A stretch of DNA of 64,000 nucleotides, from NCBI GenBank assembly GCA_029856145.1, contig JAHQWK010000016.1, positions 32,001 through 96,000 on the forward strand, in the 5' to 3' direction. Source of the DNA: Promethearchaeia archaeon (GTDB taxonomy: Archaea > Asgardarchaeota > Lokiarchaeia > Sigyniarchaeales > SOKP01). Below, piece after piece: positions 48,774 through 59,233 of this stretch (the stretch's first letter is position 1; each line of letters starts with the position of its first letter). A model generated the notes under the pieces. That model did not search any database and was not told the DNA's origin. It saw nothing but the letters and a program-made list of their open reading frames with translations. Both the position numbers and the translations under genes were made by a program.

Positions 48774-48850
48774 GGGCCAGTGGTCTAGACTGGTATGACG
48801 TCTCGCTTACACCGAGAAAATCGGGAGTTCAAGTCTCTCCTGGCCCACCA
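48774..48850 (+). tRNA. tRNA-Val(UAC), CCA encoded
   Basis: GGGCCAG/CUGGCCC-ACCA, UCUCG-CU-UAC-AC-CGAGA. Confidence 0.96.
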
Positions 48851-48851
48851 T

Positions 48852-49646
48852 TTATTTTTTCTGAATAAACAATTTTTTTATTTTATCGGGTCTTACAGCG
48901 CTTAATTTGCAATTTCTAAGCTCATTACCAATATGAGCAATGATTCCAGGGGCATTAGATCCCTCTTTTAATAAAATAAGATTTTCTAAAAAACCAAATC
49001 TTTTTACCGTAATAATATCTCGAAAATGACCTTTCTTAGTAATTATTTTCTTAAATTGACCTTTAGTTTCTCCACTTAAAAATACTCCTTCGAGATTTTC
49101 TTTTAAGACTTTCATATAGAAATCTAAAGTTTTTGGTGCTAACTCTCCTAATAATTTATTGTTAACGGAATCTACTTCAGTGATTTTAACATATACTGGA
49201 AAATGATCAATAAAATCATAAGCTTCAACAATTTCTTTTAAAGATCTCTCATTTCCCTTACATAATTGCTCTCTTAATGTGTGTAAGTTTACAAGAACAT
49301 CTACACGTGGATTTAAAATCGCACAATCTACAAACAGACCGAATCCAACTTTCCCTACATCTACAAGGTTACCCCTGTGTACCTTCCCAACGGTTATATC
49401 TTTAAAATCTTGAATACTTCCAATCTCTTTTTTTAAAATGTTAAGTATGAATTGTTCTTCTGACCCACTTATAGTAATCTCAAATCTGTTATCAAATTTC
49501 CTTAGCTTTTTTATCTGGATAGAAGTATCAGTAAATCCTTTAACACGCTCCTTTAAATATTTAAGATATCTAAGGTAAATATCTTCTTTCTTTCCTCGAT
49601 CTGAAACATTATAGATTTTATCAAATAAAACTAAATTTTGTACCAT
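48852..49646 (-). CDS. Conserved archaeal S1/OB-fold protein (DUF2110-like)
   Basis: 'GNLVDVGKVGFGLFVD', 'GHFRDI..V.R.GFLE', 'APGIIA.IG'. Confidence 0.75.
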   Translation of the reverse strand: MVQNLVLFDKIYNVSDRGKKEDIYLRYLKYLKERVKGFTDTSIQIKKLRKFDNRFEITISGSEEQFILNILKKEIGSIQDFKDITVGKVHRGNLVDVGKVGFGLFVDCAILNPRVDVLVNLHTLREQLCKGNERSLKEIVEAYDFIDHFPVYVKITEVDSVNNKLLGELAPKTLDFYMKVLKENLEGVFLSGETKGQFKKIITKKGHFRDIITVKRFGFLENLILLKEGSNAPGIIAHIGNELRNCKLSAVRPDKIKKLFIQKK

Positions 49647-49824
49647 GAAATAAAACTCAAGTGCTATTATCGATAAGCTATTAAATATTTTAATCTCTTT
49701 AATGTAAAATACTTTCCTTAAATTTTGAAATGTAGAAACGATCCATCTAAAAAGATTTAAATTCTAAAATTTTTATCTTTCTCTCAATAAAATTAAAACA
49801 GATTTATGCGAAAGATGGAGAATT

Positions 49825-50196
49825 ATGGAAGAACAAAGATTTAATGATTTAGTTGAGGCACTAAATGAGTATGAAGGAGTGGAGGAAGTTTTTCTACTAA
49901 ATAATGAAGGAGATATCGTTTTTAAATCGGGGGATTTTCCTTTATCAAATGAAGAGGCTAAGGCAATACTAAATGCTTGGAAAACAAAAGAACCTGCTCT
50001 CACATATCAAAATTATCGATTTGCAATTTTAAAGAATGATGAAATACAATTGGCTGCTAAAAATATTGGCGCTGGGAAAGGTAATTTCATTGGATCGATC
50101 ACAAAAGAAGGAGATTACCTTGTTGCTCGTACTAGAGATGAGGGTATGATATTGTTAGAATGGTCTATTTTTATAAATAAAGTAGCATGGTCATAA
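49825..50196 (+). CDS. Profilin-like protein
   Basis: 123 aa; 'VFLLNNEGDIVFKSGDFPLSNEEAKAI..W', 'LTYQNYRFAILK.D...AKN..GKG' follow the profilin pattern. Confidence 0.7.
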   Translation: MEEQRFNDLVEALNEYEGVEEVFLLNNEGDIVFKSGDFPLSNEEAKAILNAWKTKEPALTYQNYRFAILKNDEIQLAAKNIGAGKGNFIGSITKEGDYLVARTRDEGMILLEWSIFINKVAWS

Positions 50197-50376
50197 AAAA
50201 CCATACCACAAAAAATATTCATATTAACCTTCTCTATTCTCTTTTTAACATTCTTTTTTTAAAATATTTAAAAAAAATATTTATTATAGTATTTATTACT
50301 ACTTTTTAACTATAGAAAAAAAAAATAAAAAATAATATAGATAGATAAATATTAAAAACTTTTAAGGTGAATCTAA

Positions 50377-51096
50377 ATGTTCCAGCAAGCAGGAAGAGGC
50401 TATGATATGGCAATAACCCAATTTTCACCCGAAGGTCGGCTTTTTCAAGTTGAATATGCTATTGAAGCCGTCCGAAGGGGTACCACGGCGATTGTATGTA
50501 GAAATAAAACTTCCGTGGTATTTGCTGTTGAAAAGAAAAGTACTGAACTTCAAGAGCAAACTAAGGGTTCAGAAAAAATATTTAAGATTGATGACCATAT
50601 AGGAGTGGCCATTGCGGGACTTACTGCGGATGCAAGAGTGCTTATTGACCGAGCTCGTGTTCAAGCTCAGGTTAATTTATTAAATTATGATGAAAGGATT
50701 TCTGTAAAAGATAGCACTTTAAATGTATGTGAATATAAACAAGTATTTACCCAAAACGCAGGAGTACGTCCCTTTGGTGTTTCATTTCTAATTGCTGGGA
50801 TTGATTCTAATAATCAACCTTCCTTATATTTAACAGACCCAAGTGGAGCAATGTGGGGTTATAAAGCTTTTGCTATTGGCTCTGGAGCCGCGGAAGCAAG
50901 AGTTTACCTTGAAGAACATTATAAAGAGGATATGAGTGATGAGGATTTAAAATTATTGCCTATAAAAGCATTGAAAGAATTGATGGGTGATAATTTAAAC
51001 AAAAATACTTATGATGTAGCTTATATATTAAAGGAAGATAAAAACTTTAAGCTACTAAGTTTGGAAGAAAAGGAAGAGTTATTAAATAAAATATAG
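50377..51096 (+). CDS. psmA: Proteasome alpha subunit
   Basis: 'GYDMAITQFSPEGRLFQVEYA', 'RPFGVS', 'TDPSG'. Confidence 0.97.
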   Translation: MFQQAGRGYDMAITQFSPEGRLFQVEYAIEAVRRGTTAIVCRNKTSVVFAVEKKSTELQEQTKGSEKIFKIDDHIGVAIAGLTADARVLIDRARVQAQVNLLNYDERISVKDSTLNVCEYKQVFTQNAGVRPFGVSFLIAGIDSNNQPSLYLTDPSGAMWGYKAFAIGSGAAEARVYLEEHYKEDMSDEDLKLLPIKALKELMGDNLNKNTYDVAYILKEDKNFKLLSLEEKEELLNKI

Positions 51097-51198
51097 TCAA
51101 GGATACGCCCCTTTATATTTATCTCTTAACAGAAAGACAGAATATAGTAATATGAACAAATTGAGATTATTCAATCAGTTAAATTGTGAAACTGTAAC

Positions 51199-51990
51199 AT
51201 GATTGATCGAGCAAGGATTGATTTAGGCGGTTATATCATAGGGCGAATTGAGAATTCCGGAAGAGCTTTTGAAATGTTAATGGATCCTGAGAAAGCTTGG
51301 GATGCTAAAAAACTTATTCGAGAAGAAATCAATAAAAGATTAAAAGAGGGCAAAGATAAATCTCGTCTTACTGTAGAGGAGATATTAAATTATCAAAACA
51401 TTGATTTAGAACTTGTTTTTGAGAGTTTTATTGTATTTGAAGATTTTAGAAGAGGAAAAAAAGCGACAGATGGGGACATGGAAGTAGTATTTAATACAAC
51501 AGATGGAATGAGAATTGGGGCAAGTATCCTTTTAGATGGAGAAATTCATTGGACACAAGCCCAAAGAGAAGAAGAACGGCAAAAGAAATTAAAACAAATC
51601 ATAACAATTATTAGCAAAAATGCAATAAATCCGCAAAATAAAAAACCTCATCCATATCAGCGAATTGAAAAGGCGATTGAAGAAGCTAAAGTTAAAGTTG
51701 ATTTAATGAGGAGCGCGGAGGAACAAGTTGATGATATTGTTAAGAGTATTCGAGCTATTATTCCTATTAGAATTGAACAAGTTGAAATGGCAATTAAGAT
51801 TCCAACAGCTTTTACAGCGAAGGGTTATAATATTGTTGCCCAATATGTACAAATTAAGAAAGAAGAATGGCAATCTGATGGTTCTTGGGTTGCGGTAGTA
51901 AGTTTACCTGCGGGATTACAAATGGAATTGGTTGATAAATTAAACAAACTAACTCATGGAAGAGTTCAGACAAAAATCTTGAAAGCCTAG
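51199..51990 (+). CDS. Ribosome maturation factor SBDS/Sdo1
   Basis: 'FE.L.DP', 'INPQ.K.PHP..RIE.A', 'KKEEWQSDGSW', 'LNKLTHG'. Confidence 0.93.
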   Translation: MIDRARIDLGGYIIGRIENSGRAFEMLMDPEKAWDAKKLIREEINKRLKEGKDKSRLTVEEILNYQNIDLELVFESFIVFEDFRRGKKATDGDMEVVFNTTDGMRIGASILLDGEIHWTQAQREEERQKKLKQIITIISKNAINPQNKKPHPYQRIEKAIEEAKVKVDLMRSAEEQVDDIVKSIRAIIPIRIEQVEMAIKIPTAFTAKGYNIVAQYVQIKKEEWQSDGSWVAVVSLPAGLQMELVDKLNKLTHGRVQTKILKA

Positions 51991-52069
51991 CCTAAGAGTT
52001 TTTGTACATCTTTTATTTATATTATTTTTTTAGCATATGTTAGGAGAATAACAAAATTATAGAAAATAC

Positions 52070-52864
52070 GTGAGTACTATAATGGAAAATAATGAAGAAG
52101 AACCTATAGATGATGAATTCGAAGATTTTGAAGATGAAGAAGATTCAAGAGAAGTTGTTGTACCTGGAGAAGTTTTAACTGAAGATGTCACAAATTTTTT
52201 GCCAGGAAGGGGAACGATATTAAATAAGGAGAGAAATAAAATTATCTCTTTAAATATTGGATTAAAGCAAATAAAGAAGAATTATATTAATGTAATTCCT
52301 CTTAGAGGATTCTATACACCACGTCCTGGAGATAAGGTTATAGCTTTAGTAGTTGATAAAAATCCAGTTAAATACAAATGTGATATTAATGCTAAAGACT
52401 TTGGCCAACTTAAACCAAAAAACACAATTAAAAAGGGCAAGACAAGAGGGTTTAGAGGTGCTGGACCAATGCGTGAGGATTTAAACACTGAAAGATTTGA
52501 TATAGGGGACATTTTAATCGTAAAAGTTCTCTCTGCTGATCGTTTAAATAAACCTGAATTGACTACTGTTGGAAAATATTTAGGAAAAAGAACTGGTGGT
52601 ATTATAATTACCATAGATCCACCTAAAATTCCAAGAGTAATTGGTAGAAATGGATCAATGATAAAAATGTTAAAAAATTTAACTCAATGCAATATATTTG
52701 TAACACAGAATGGCCGAATTTGGCTGAAAGGGGAAGACATAGCACATGAGAGGTTATTAATTGAATCAATTCATAAAATTGCTTCTGAAGCCCATACTGT
52801 TGGTTTAACAGATAGAATGCAAGAATATATAATTAATGAAAAAAAGAAGAGAGGTATTGAATAA
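52070..52864 (+). CDS. rrp4: Exosome complex RNA-binding protein Rrp4
   Basis: 'VVVPGE', 'Y.P.PGD.VI', 'KIPRVIG.NGSMI', 'QNGRIW', 'AHTVGLTD'. Confidence 0.95.
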   Translation: MSTIMENNEEEPIDDEFEDFEDEEDSREVVVPGEVLTEDVTNFLPGRGTILNKERNKIISLNIGLKQIKKNYINVIPLRGFYTPRPGDKVIALVVDKNPVKYKCDINAKDFGQLKPKNTIKKGKTRGFRGAGPMREDLNTERFDIGDILIVKVLSADRLNKPELTTVGKYLGKRTGGIIITIDPPKIPRVIGRNGSMIKMLKNLTQCNIFVTQNGRIWLKGEDIAHERLLIESIHKIASEAHTVGLTDRMQEYIINEKKKRGIE

Positions 52865-53644
52865 ATGCCATTAATAATTAAAGATGAGTATCCTGAGACT
52901 CTGTTTCGTGAAGATGGAAAAAGACTTGATGGTCGAGATCTTAATGAATTAAGACCTATAAAGATGGAAGTTGGTATTGTACCAAATGCGGATGGATCAG
53001 CATATTTAGAATGGGGAAATAATAAAATTTATGCCGCGGTATATGGTCCCCGAGAAGTACATCCACACCATTTATCAAAGCCAGATAAAGGAATTTTGCG
53101 AGTATTTTACAGGATGGCTACATTTTCTGTTTTTGACAGAAAAAGACCTGCACCTGGACGTCGCGAAAAAGAGATATCGATGATTGTAGCAGATTGTATA
53201 GAACCTTTACTTTTTCTCGAACTTTATCCCGGTACAAGTTTTGAAGTCTTTATTGAAGTAATGGATGCAGATGGTGGAACTAGATGTGCAAGTACCACTG
53301 TAGCTGCATTAGCATTGGCTGATGCAGGAGTTCCTATGAAAAGTTTAGTATCATCAGTCGCTGTAGGAAAAATTGATGGAAAGAAAGTTGTTGATCTTTC
53401 TGGTATTGAAGATAAAGCAGGAGACGCGGATTTACCAATCGCTATCACATGGTATAATGAAGAAATTTCACTTTTACAATTTGATGGAGATATGAATTTG
53501 GATGAGATGAATGAATTTTTAGATCTTGCGAAAGATGCTTTAAAAGAGATTCACCAAATCCAGTTAAATACGCTAAAAAGCAAATACATAAAATTGCAGG
53601 AAGAGACATTAAAGCAAAAAGATAATAAGAAAGGTGAAAAATAA
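52865..53644 (+). CDS. rrp41: Exosome exonuclease Rrp41
   Basis: 'RLDGR..ELRP', 'ADGSAY', 'YGPRE', 'DGGTRCA'. Confidence 0.97.
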   Translation: MPLIIKDEYPETLFREDGKRLDGRDLNELRPIKMEVGIVPNADGSAYLEWGNNKIYAAVYGPREVHPHHLSKPDKGILRVFYRMATFSVFDRKRPAPGRREKEISMIVADCIEPLLFLELYPGTSFEVFIEVMDADGGTRCASTTVAALALADAGVPMKSLVSSVAVGKIDGKKVVDLSGIEDKAGDADLPIAITWYNEEISLLQFDGDMNLDEMNEFLDLAKDALKEIHQIQLNTLKSKYIKLQEETLKQKDNKKGEK

Positions 53645-53646
53645 AA

Positions 53647-54480
53647 ATGATGGATGTTAAACGAATTATTTCAAAAATTGAAAGAGATTATATTATCTCA
53701 AATCTTAAAAAAGAAGAAAGAATTGATGAAAGAGGGCTCTGGGAATATCGTAAATTTCAAATAAAAAGTGATGTAATTGCTTCAGCAGAAGGTTCAGCAG
53801 ATGTCTCATTAGGAGAAACAAGGATTATAACTGGATTAAAATACGAAGTAGGTACCCCTTTCCCGGATCTTCCAGATAAAGGTGTATGTACTGTTATGGC
53901 AGAGCTACTTCCAATAGCATCTCCTTTATTTGAAAGGGGGCCTCCAGATGAACAATCAATCGAATTAGCACGTGTAGTAGATCGTGGAATTAGACATGCA
54001 GATTGTGTTCAAACTCAAAAGCTTTGCATTAAAGAAAAAGTATCAGTCTATATTCTTTTTGTCGATATGTACGTGATTAATTACCAAGGAAATTTAATTG
54101 ATACTGGAGCGGTAAGTGCTTTAACTACATTATTATCAGCCCATATTCCTGAAGGAATTTGGAATGAAGAAAAAGGTGAAGCTGAATGGACTGGAAAGTA
54201 TTTCACAGGAAAGAATATCGTAAATGAATTACCTTTAGCGATTACGTATGGAAAAATCGATGATATAGTATTTTTAGATCCAAGTTTACCAGAAGAATTA
54301 GTGAGTGAAGGCAAAATATCTATTTCTGTTACTGAAGATAAAATAACTTCAATTCAAAAAAGTGGGGCTGCTACATTTTCAATTGATGAAATTAAAATGT
54401 TAGGCAAAAAATCTTTAGAAATCGGCAAAAAATTAAGAAAAGATTTAAATCTTTTACAATATCAAAGTAAAATCAAATAA
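53647..54480 (+). CDS. rrp42: Exosome component Rrp42
   Basis: 'AEGSA.V.LGET', 'PFPD.P..G', 'ELARVVDRGIR', 'IQKSG'. Confidence 0.97.
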   Translation: MMDVKRIISKIERDYIISNLKKEERIDERGLWEYRKFQIKSDVIASAEGSADVSLGETRIITGLKYEVGTPFPDLPDKGVCTVMAELLPIASPLFERGPPDEQSIELARVVDRGIRHADCVQTQKLCIKEKVSVYILFVDMYVINYQGNLIDTGAVSALTTLLSAHIPEGIWNEEKGEAEWTGKYFTGKNIVNELPLAITYGKIDDIVFLDPSLPEELVSEGKISISVTEDKITSIQKSGAATFSIDEIKMLGKKSLEIGKKLRKDLNLLQYQSKIK

Positions 54481-54676
54481 TTTTTAAAAATTTTTTTCAA
54501 ACTTTATTTTATTTATTCTTTATTTTTTAATGAACATGATATTAACTTTTTAATTTTGATTAATTTAAATACTCCGAGAAAATGAATAAATGTAACATAT
54601 TCTTTTTTAGAAAAATTTATAGTTTATCCTATTTTTTAATGTAACATCAACTATTCAATACTAGTTTTGATATAAA

Positions 54677-54964
54677 ATGGGAAAATTAAAGAAAGTGGGC
54701 ATAACTGGTAAATACGGTGCGAGATATGGAAGTACATTAAGGAAAAGGACTCGTTTAGTATTAGAAAAAATGAAAGGAGATATAAAATGCCCCAGATGTA
54801 TAACTAAAGGTTCAGTTTATAGAATCTCAACTGGTATTTGGCATTGTAAAAAATGTGATGCTAGATTTACAGGAGGAGCATATTACATAGAAACACCGAG
54901 GGGCGCCGAGTCTTTCCGTGTTGCAAAGCGTAAACAAAGAGAATTAGAAGTCATTGAAGAATAA
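54677..54964 (+). CDS. rpl37ae: 50S ribosomal protein L37Ae (eL43)
   Basis: 'KKVGITGKYGARYG..LRK', CPRC, 'GIW.C.KC..FTGGAY'. Confidence 0.97.
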   Translation: MGKLKKVGITGKYGARYGSTLRKRTRLVLEKMKGDIKCPRCITKGSVYRISTGIWHCKKCDARFTGGAYYIETPRGAESFRVAKRKQRELEVIEE

Positions 54965-55245
54965 TGAGTAAAAATATTTCCTTCTCAATAAAATCTACTA
55001 TAGAATTTCAATTTAATACTTCTCAAACACGGGATATTTCTTTCAACTCTTTTTTACCAGAGTTTAAACGATTACAAACTAAACGATCCAAAATTTCAAT
55101 AGAAAAAAAGAATAGCTTAAATATAGTTTTTGAGATAAAAAGTAGTGATATAACTGCCTTTCGCGCGTCGATTAATGAAATTATTAGTTTTGGGAAAGTA
55201 ATCACAGAATCGATGAAGATAGTTGATAATTCAAAAATTAAATAA
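54964..55245 (+). CDS. pcc1: KEOPS subunit Pcc1-like
   Basis: 'RSKI...I.SSDITAFRASIN'; position in the exosome superoperon. Confidence 0.8.
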   Translation: MSKNISFSIKSTIEFQFNTSQTRDISFNSFLPEFKRLQTKRSKISIEKKNSLNIVFEIKSSDITAFRASINEIISFGKVITESMKIVDNSKIK

Positions 55246-55293
55246 ATTATATATAATATAAAATAAATTATAGAAAATATATGGAGATAAAAA

Positions 55294-55650
55294 ATGTCAC
55301 AGATCAATCTAGACAATTTAACCGAAGAACAAAAGAAAAAACTTTTAAATCTGAATAATCTACAACAATCTTTTGAATTTTTAACTTCGCAAAGATTACA
55401 AATTGAGAGCACATTAAGAGAAACAGAATTAGCAATTGAGGAATTAGAAAAAATAAAACCAGAAGATGCGGTTTATAAGGCGATTGGAGGAATTTTAGTG
55501 AAAAGCGAAAAAAATAAGTTATTAGATGAGAAAAAAAGTCTAAAAGTCACTTTAGAGATGCGCTTAAAAACATTAAAACAAAAAGAAGAACGAGTAAAAA
55601 CCCAAATAGAAACAATGAGCAAATCTCTCCAAGCTGATTTTCAAAAATAA
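55294..55650 (+). CDS. pfdB: Prefoldin beta subunit
   Basis: 'E.E.A.EEL...VYKAIGGILV'. Confidence 0.93.
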   Translation: MSQINLDNLTEEQKKKLLNLNNLQQSFEFLTSQRLQIESTLRETELAIEELEKIKPEDAVYKAIGGILVKSEKNKLLDEKKSLKVTLEMRLKTLKQKEERVKTQIETMSKSLQADFQK

Positions 55651-55667
55651 AATTCGTAGAAATTTAT

Positions 55668-56675
55668 ATGTTGAAGTCTAAATTTGAAAATTTTTTAGCT
55701 TTCATAAAAAATAAAAATATCCTAATTACAACTCACGATTTAGTAGATATTGATGGTTTAGTCTCTTGTTTTACTTTAAAATTTTTTTTAAATCAATATT
55801 TTAAAAATCAAGAAACATCAATTTATTTTTCTGAACTTTCTAAATCAACTAAAAATTTCATTAAAAATTTCACCAAGAACTTTCCTGAATTTGATCTTTC
55901 CTATGAGGAAAGTTTTGATCTTCCTAATAATGATATCTTTTTAATAGTGGATACAAACAATTTAAATCAAATTAAATTTGATAATAATTTCGATCTAGCA
56001 CACTCAGATATTCCTTATATTTTTTTAGACCATCATTATACAGTAATGGATTCCGAAAACAGTAGTAGGAAATCATTAGATTTAATAAATGAGAATTATT
56101 CTTCTACTGCAGAAATAATTTTAGAATTATTTGAATTCTATAAAAAGCCCTTAACCATACCATTAAAAACTCTCATTATTTCAGCAATATTAACTGATTC
56201 AGGCTTCTTTAAACATGGTAATAATAAATCTATTCAAAATGTTAGCAAATTATTATGTGAAGAAATAAAAATCCAAGATATATTTCTTCTTCTTCAAAGG
56301 GAAATGGACATCTCAGTAAAAATTGCATATATAAAAGGTTTACAAAGAGTTGAGTTAATTCGAGAAGGGAAATTTTTAATTGGAATAACGAAAGTTAGTA
56401 GTTTTGGAGCAGGTGTAGCCTCAATGTTAACAAAAATGGGATTTGATATTGGAATTACCATCTCAAAAGAACCAAATCAGTATATAATTAATACTAGAGC
56501 TAAAAAAACAGTATGTATAAAAACGGGATTGAATTTAGGAAAAATTTTAAGAGAAATTTCTGAAAAATATGAGGGTAGTGGTGGTGGGCATGATGGGGCA
56601 GCATCTTTAACAATTAACATAGAACCTGATATTATTCTCCAAGAAATTATTGAACAAGTTAAACAATATTTATAA
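55668..56675 (+). CDS. DHH/DHHA1 phosphoesterase (NrnA-like)
   Basis: H...DIDG, VDT, DHH, SSTAE, ILTDSG, GGGHDGAA. Confidence 0.92.
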   Translation: MLKSKFENFLAFIKNKNILITTHDLVDIDGLVSCFTLKFFLNQYFKNQETSIYFSELSKSTKNFIKNFTKNFPEFDLSYEESFDLPNNDIFLIVDTNNLNQIKFDNNFDLAHSDIPYIFLDHHYTVMDSENSSRKSLDLINENYSSTAEIILELFEFYKKPLTIPLKTLIISAILTDSGFFKHGNNKSIQNVSKLLCEEIKIQDIFLLLQREMDISVKIAYIKGLQRVELIREGKFLIGITKVSSFGAGVASMLTKMGFDIGITISKEPNQYIINTRAKKTVCIKTGLNLGKILREISEKYEGSGGGHDGAASLTINIEPDIILQEIIEQVKQYL

Positions 56676-56737
56676 TCTAAGTTTTAAATAATCAAAAATT
56701 ATCAAAGAACAAGAACTTTAATGGAATAAATCTTGCT

Positions 56738-57571
56738 ATGGATTTAATAAAATTTGAAAACTTTTATTATCGGTATAAAGGAAACGAGGAATATGCCTTA
56801 AATAATATCAATTTAAAAATTGAAGATAATAAATTTATATTATTATGTGGGGAAACTGGGAGTGGAAAAACTACACTCATTAGGTGTATGAATGGCCTAA
56901 TTCCTCAGTTCTATGCTGGTTTTTATAAAGGTAAAGTAGAATTTTGGAATGGAAAAAATACAGTAGAAACGCCAATAGCAGATTTATCCACTGAAATAGG
57001 AATTGTTTTTCAGAATCCAGAAAATCAATTAATAGCAATGAATGTAGAACATGAAATTGCTTTCGGTTTAGAAAATTTGGGTGTTCCTGTTAAAGAAATC
57101 TCAAAACGAATAAAGGAAAGTGCATCAATAACGGAAATCGAACATATATTGGACAAAGCACCATTTGAATTGAGCGGTGGAGAACAACAACGAGTAGCAA
57201 TCGCATCTATTTTGGTTTTAGAACCAAAAATCTTGATATTAGATGAGCCTACTGCTTTATTGGACCCTTATATGGCTAATAAAATAATCAATTTATTAAA
57301 TGAGATAAAAAGTGAGAAAAATATCTCAATTTTAATTAGTGAACATCGACTAGATCTCATTTTACCTTTCTCTCAACAAATAATTTTAATAAAAAATGGA
57401 AGTATAATTGAGCATGGATATAGTGAGCAAGTTATTAATGGTATTAATTTTCAAACTTTAAGATTAAATAAACCTGTTATTTATTCAATCTTTAGTACCT
57501 TAAAAAAAGAAAACTTATATAATAAGAATATTCCTGCCTCCATTCCTGAAGCAGTAAGATCTTTGAAATAA
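56738..57571 (+). CDS. ecfA1: ECF transporter ATPase A1
   Basis: GETGSGKT, FQNPENQ, LSGGEQQR, LDEPT. Confidence 0.92.
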   Translation: MDLIKFENFYYRYKGNEEYALNNINLKIEDNKFILLCGETGSGKTTLIRCMNGLIPQFYAGFYKGKVEFWNGKNTVETPIADLSTEIGIVFQNPENQLIAMNVEHEIAFGLENLGVPVKEISKRIKESASITEIEHILDKAPFELSGGEQQRVAIASILVLEPKILILDEPTALLDPYMANKIINLLNEIKSEKNISILISEHRLDLILPFSQQIILIKNGSIIEHGYSEQVINGINFQTLRLNKPVIYSIFSTLKKENLYNKNIPASIPEAVRSLK

Positions 57572-57595
57572 TAAATAATTACAAAGGAGATACAA

Positions 57596-58450
57596 ATGGC
57601 TACAGAAATCCCAATTATTATGATTAGAGAAATCGCTTACACCTATCCTAATGGAACAGAGGCGTTAAAAAATATAAATTTAAACATTTTTAAAGGCGAA
57701 TTAGTTGCCATTATGGGCAAAAATGGGGCTGGTAAGACTAGTCTTATTAGAACTTTAAATGGATTAATTATACCAACACAAGGTAATATTTATATAGATA
57801 ATGAAAGTATTAGTTCCAAAAGCATTGCCACTTTATCTAAAAAGGTTGGAATAATATTTCAAAATCCTTTCCATCAATTATTTTCCAATTCAGTGGAGGA
57901 AGAAATTAAATTTTCGTTAAAGAGTTTTGTACTAGATAAAGAAGAAATTCAAATTAGAATAAATAAGATATTACATGAATTCAATCTTGAAAAATACAGA
58001 AAGCGATCACCTCTTAATTTATCTGGCGGAGAATCTAAAAAGCTTGCCATAGCATCAATAATTTGTAGAGATCCCGAAATTTTAGTTTTTGATGAACCGA
58101 CTTTAGGTCAAGATGCAAAAGAAATTGAGTTTTTTATTAACTTAATTAAAAACGAGAGAAAACGCGGGAAAACTATTATTATCATTACCCATAATATTGA
58201 GTTTGCCTATGAATACTTGCCTCGTACCATCTTAATGACAGATGGACAAATAATTGCGGATGGCCCAACAAAAGAAATATTGAATAATGAGATATTAATA
58301 CAACAAACCTCATTAATTCTACCACAAATTTGGCAATTTCGTTCAGCATTGAAAGAGAATAATTTTCCGAAAACAGGAGATATATTATCTAAAAATGCTC
58401 TAATAAGTTATATAAGGAATTATTTGAAAAATAAATCTTTAAAAATTTAG
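57596..58450 (+). CDS. ecfA2: ECF transporter ATPase A2
   Basis: GKNGAGKT, FQNP, LSGGE, FDEPTLGQD. Confidence 0.92.
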   Translation: MATEIPIIMIREIAYTYPNGTEALKNINLNIFKGELVAIMGKNGAGKTSLIRTLNGLIIPTQGNIYIDNESISSKSIATLSKKVGIIFQNPFHQLFSNSVEEEIKFSLKSFVLDKEEIQIRINKILHEFNLEKYRKRSPLNLSGGESKKLAIASIICRDPEILVFDEPTLGQDAKEIEFFINLIKNERKRGKTIIIITHNIEFAYEYLPRTILMTDGQIIADGPTKEILNNEILIQQTSLILPQIWQFRSALKENNFPKTGDILSKNALISYIRNYLKNKSLKI

Positions 58451-58465
58451 GAGGAATGCATAAAC

Positions 58466-59233
58466 ATGTCCTTAGAATTTCTAAATGCTTTTAAGTTTAT
58501 GAAAAAAAATTCTATTTTACATAATTTAGATCCAAGGGCAAAACTGGTTTTCTCGATTGTATATACTATATGTGCATTGTTGTTCACAGAAATTATTCCA
58601 TTGCTTTTTATTTTTTTGAGTTTAGTTCCTTTAATTCTAATAGGAAAATTGTTTAAACAATGGATTAAAAGTATTCGTGGTCTATCATTCTTAATTATCT
58701 TCATAATTATTCTAAATACATTATTTATTTCCTTATCATTTGCTATTGCGATGATATTAAGAATTTATATAATGATATCTGCTTTCTCTATCTTTTTTTT
58801 AACAGTAGATCCAAATGATTTAGCTCTTTCTTTGATTTCAATGAAAATACCTTATGAATTTGCATTTGCTTTTTCATTAGCCTTTAGATTTGTCCCTACT
58901 ATCGCAAATGAAGCTCAAAATATTTTAGATGCTCAACAGAGTAGAGGTTATGAAATGCAAAAGAAAGGGCTTATAAACCAAATAAAAAACCTTTTTCCAC
59001 TTTTAATTCCATTAATAATTTGTTCTATTAAGAGAGCTTTTAATGTTGCGGAAGCTCTTGAATCAAGAGCATTCGGTAGCAGAAAAGAACGTACTTATTA
59101 TTATAGCATTAAATATACTTTAAAAGATTGGATATTTACAATGTATTTATTATTATTCTTAACTTTTATAATTTTTATTAGAATTCAATTCAATTTGTTA
59201 CCAGAATTTTTAATGTGGAGTCTGCCGGTGTGA
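58466..59233 (+). CDS. ecfT: ECF transporter transmembrane T component
   Basis: 'LDPRAKL', 'RFVP', 'AQQSRG', 'ALESRAF'. Confidence 0.93.
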   Translation: MSLEFLNAFKFMKKNSILHNLDPRAKLVFSIVYTICALLFTEIIPLLFIFLSLVPLILIGKLFKQWIKSIRGLSFLIIFIIILNTLFISLSFAIAMILRIYIMISAFSIFFLTVDPNDLALSLISMKIPYEFAFAFSLAFRFVPTIANEAQNILDAQQSRGYEMQKKGLINQIKNLFPLLIPLIICSIKRAFNVAEALESRAFGSRKERTYYYSIKYTLKDWIFTMYLLLFLTFIIFIRIQFNLLPEFLMWSLPV

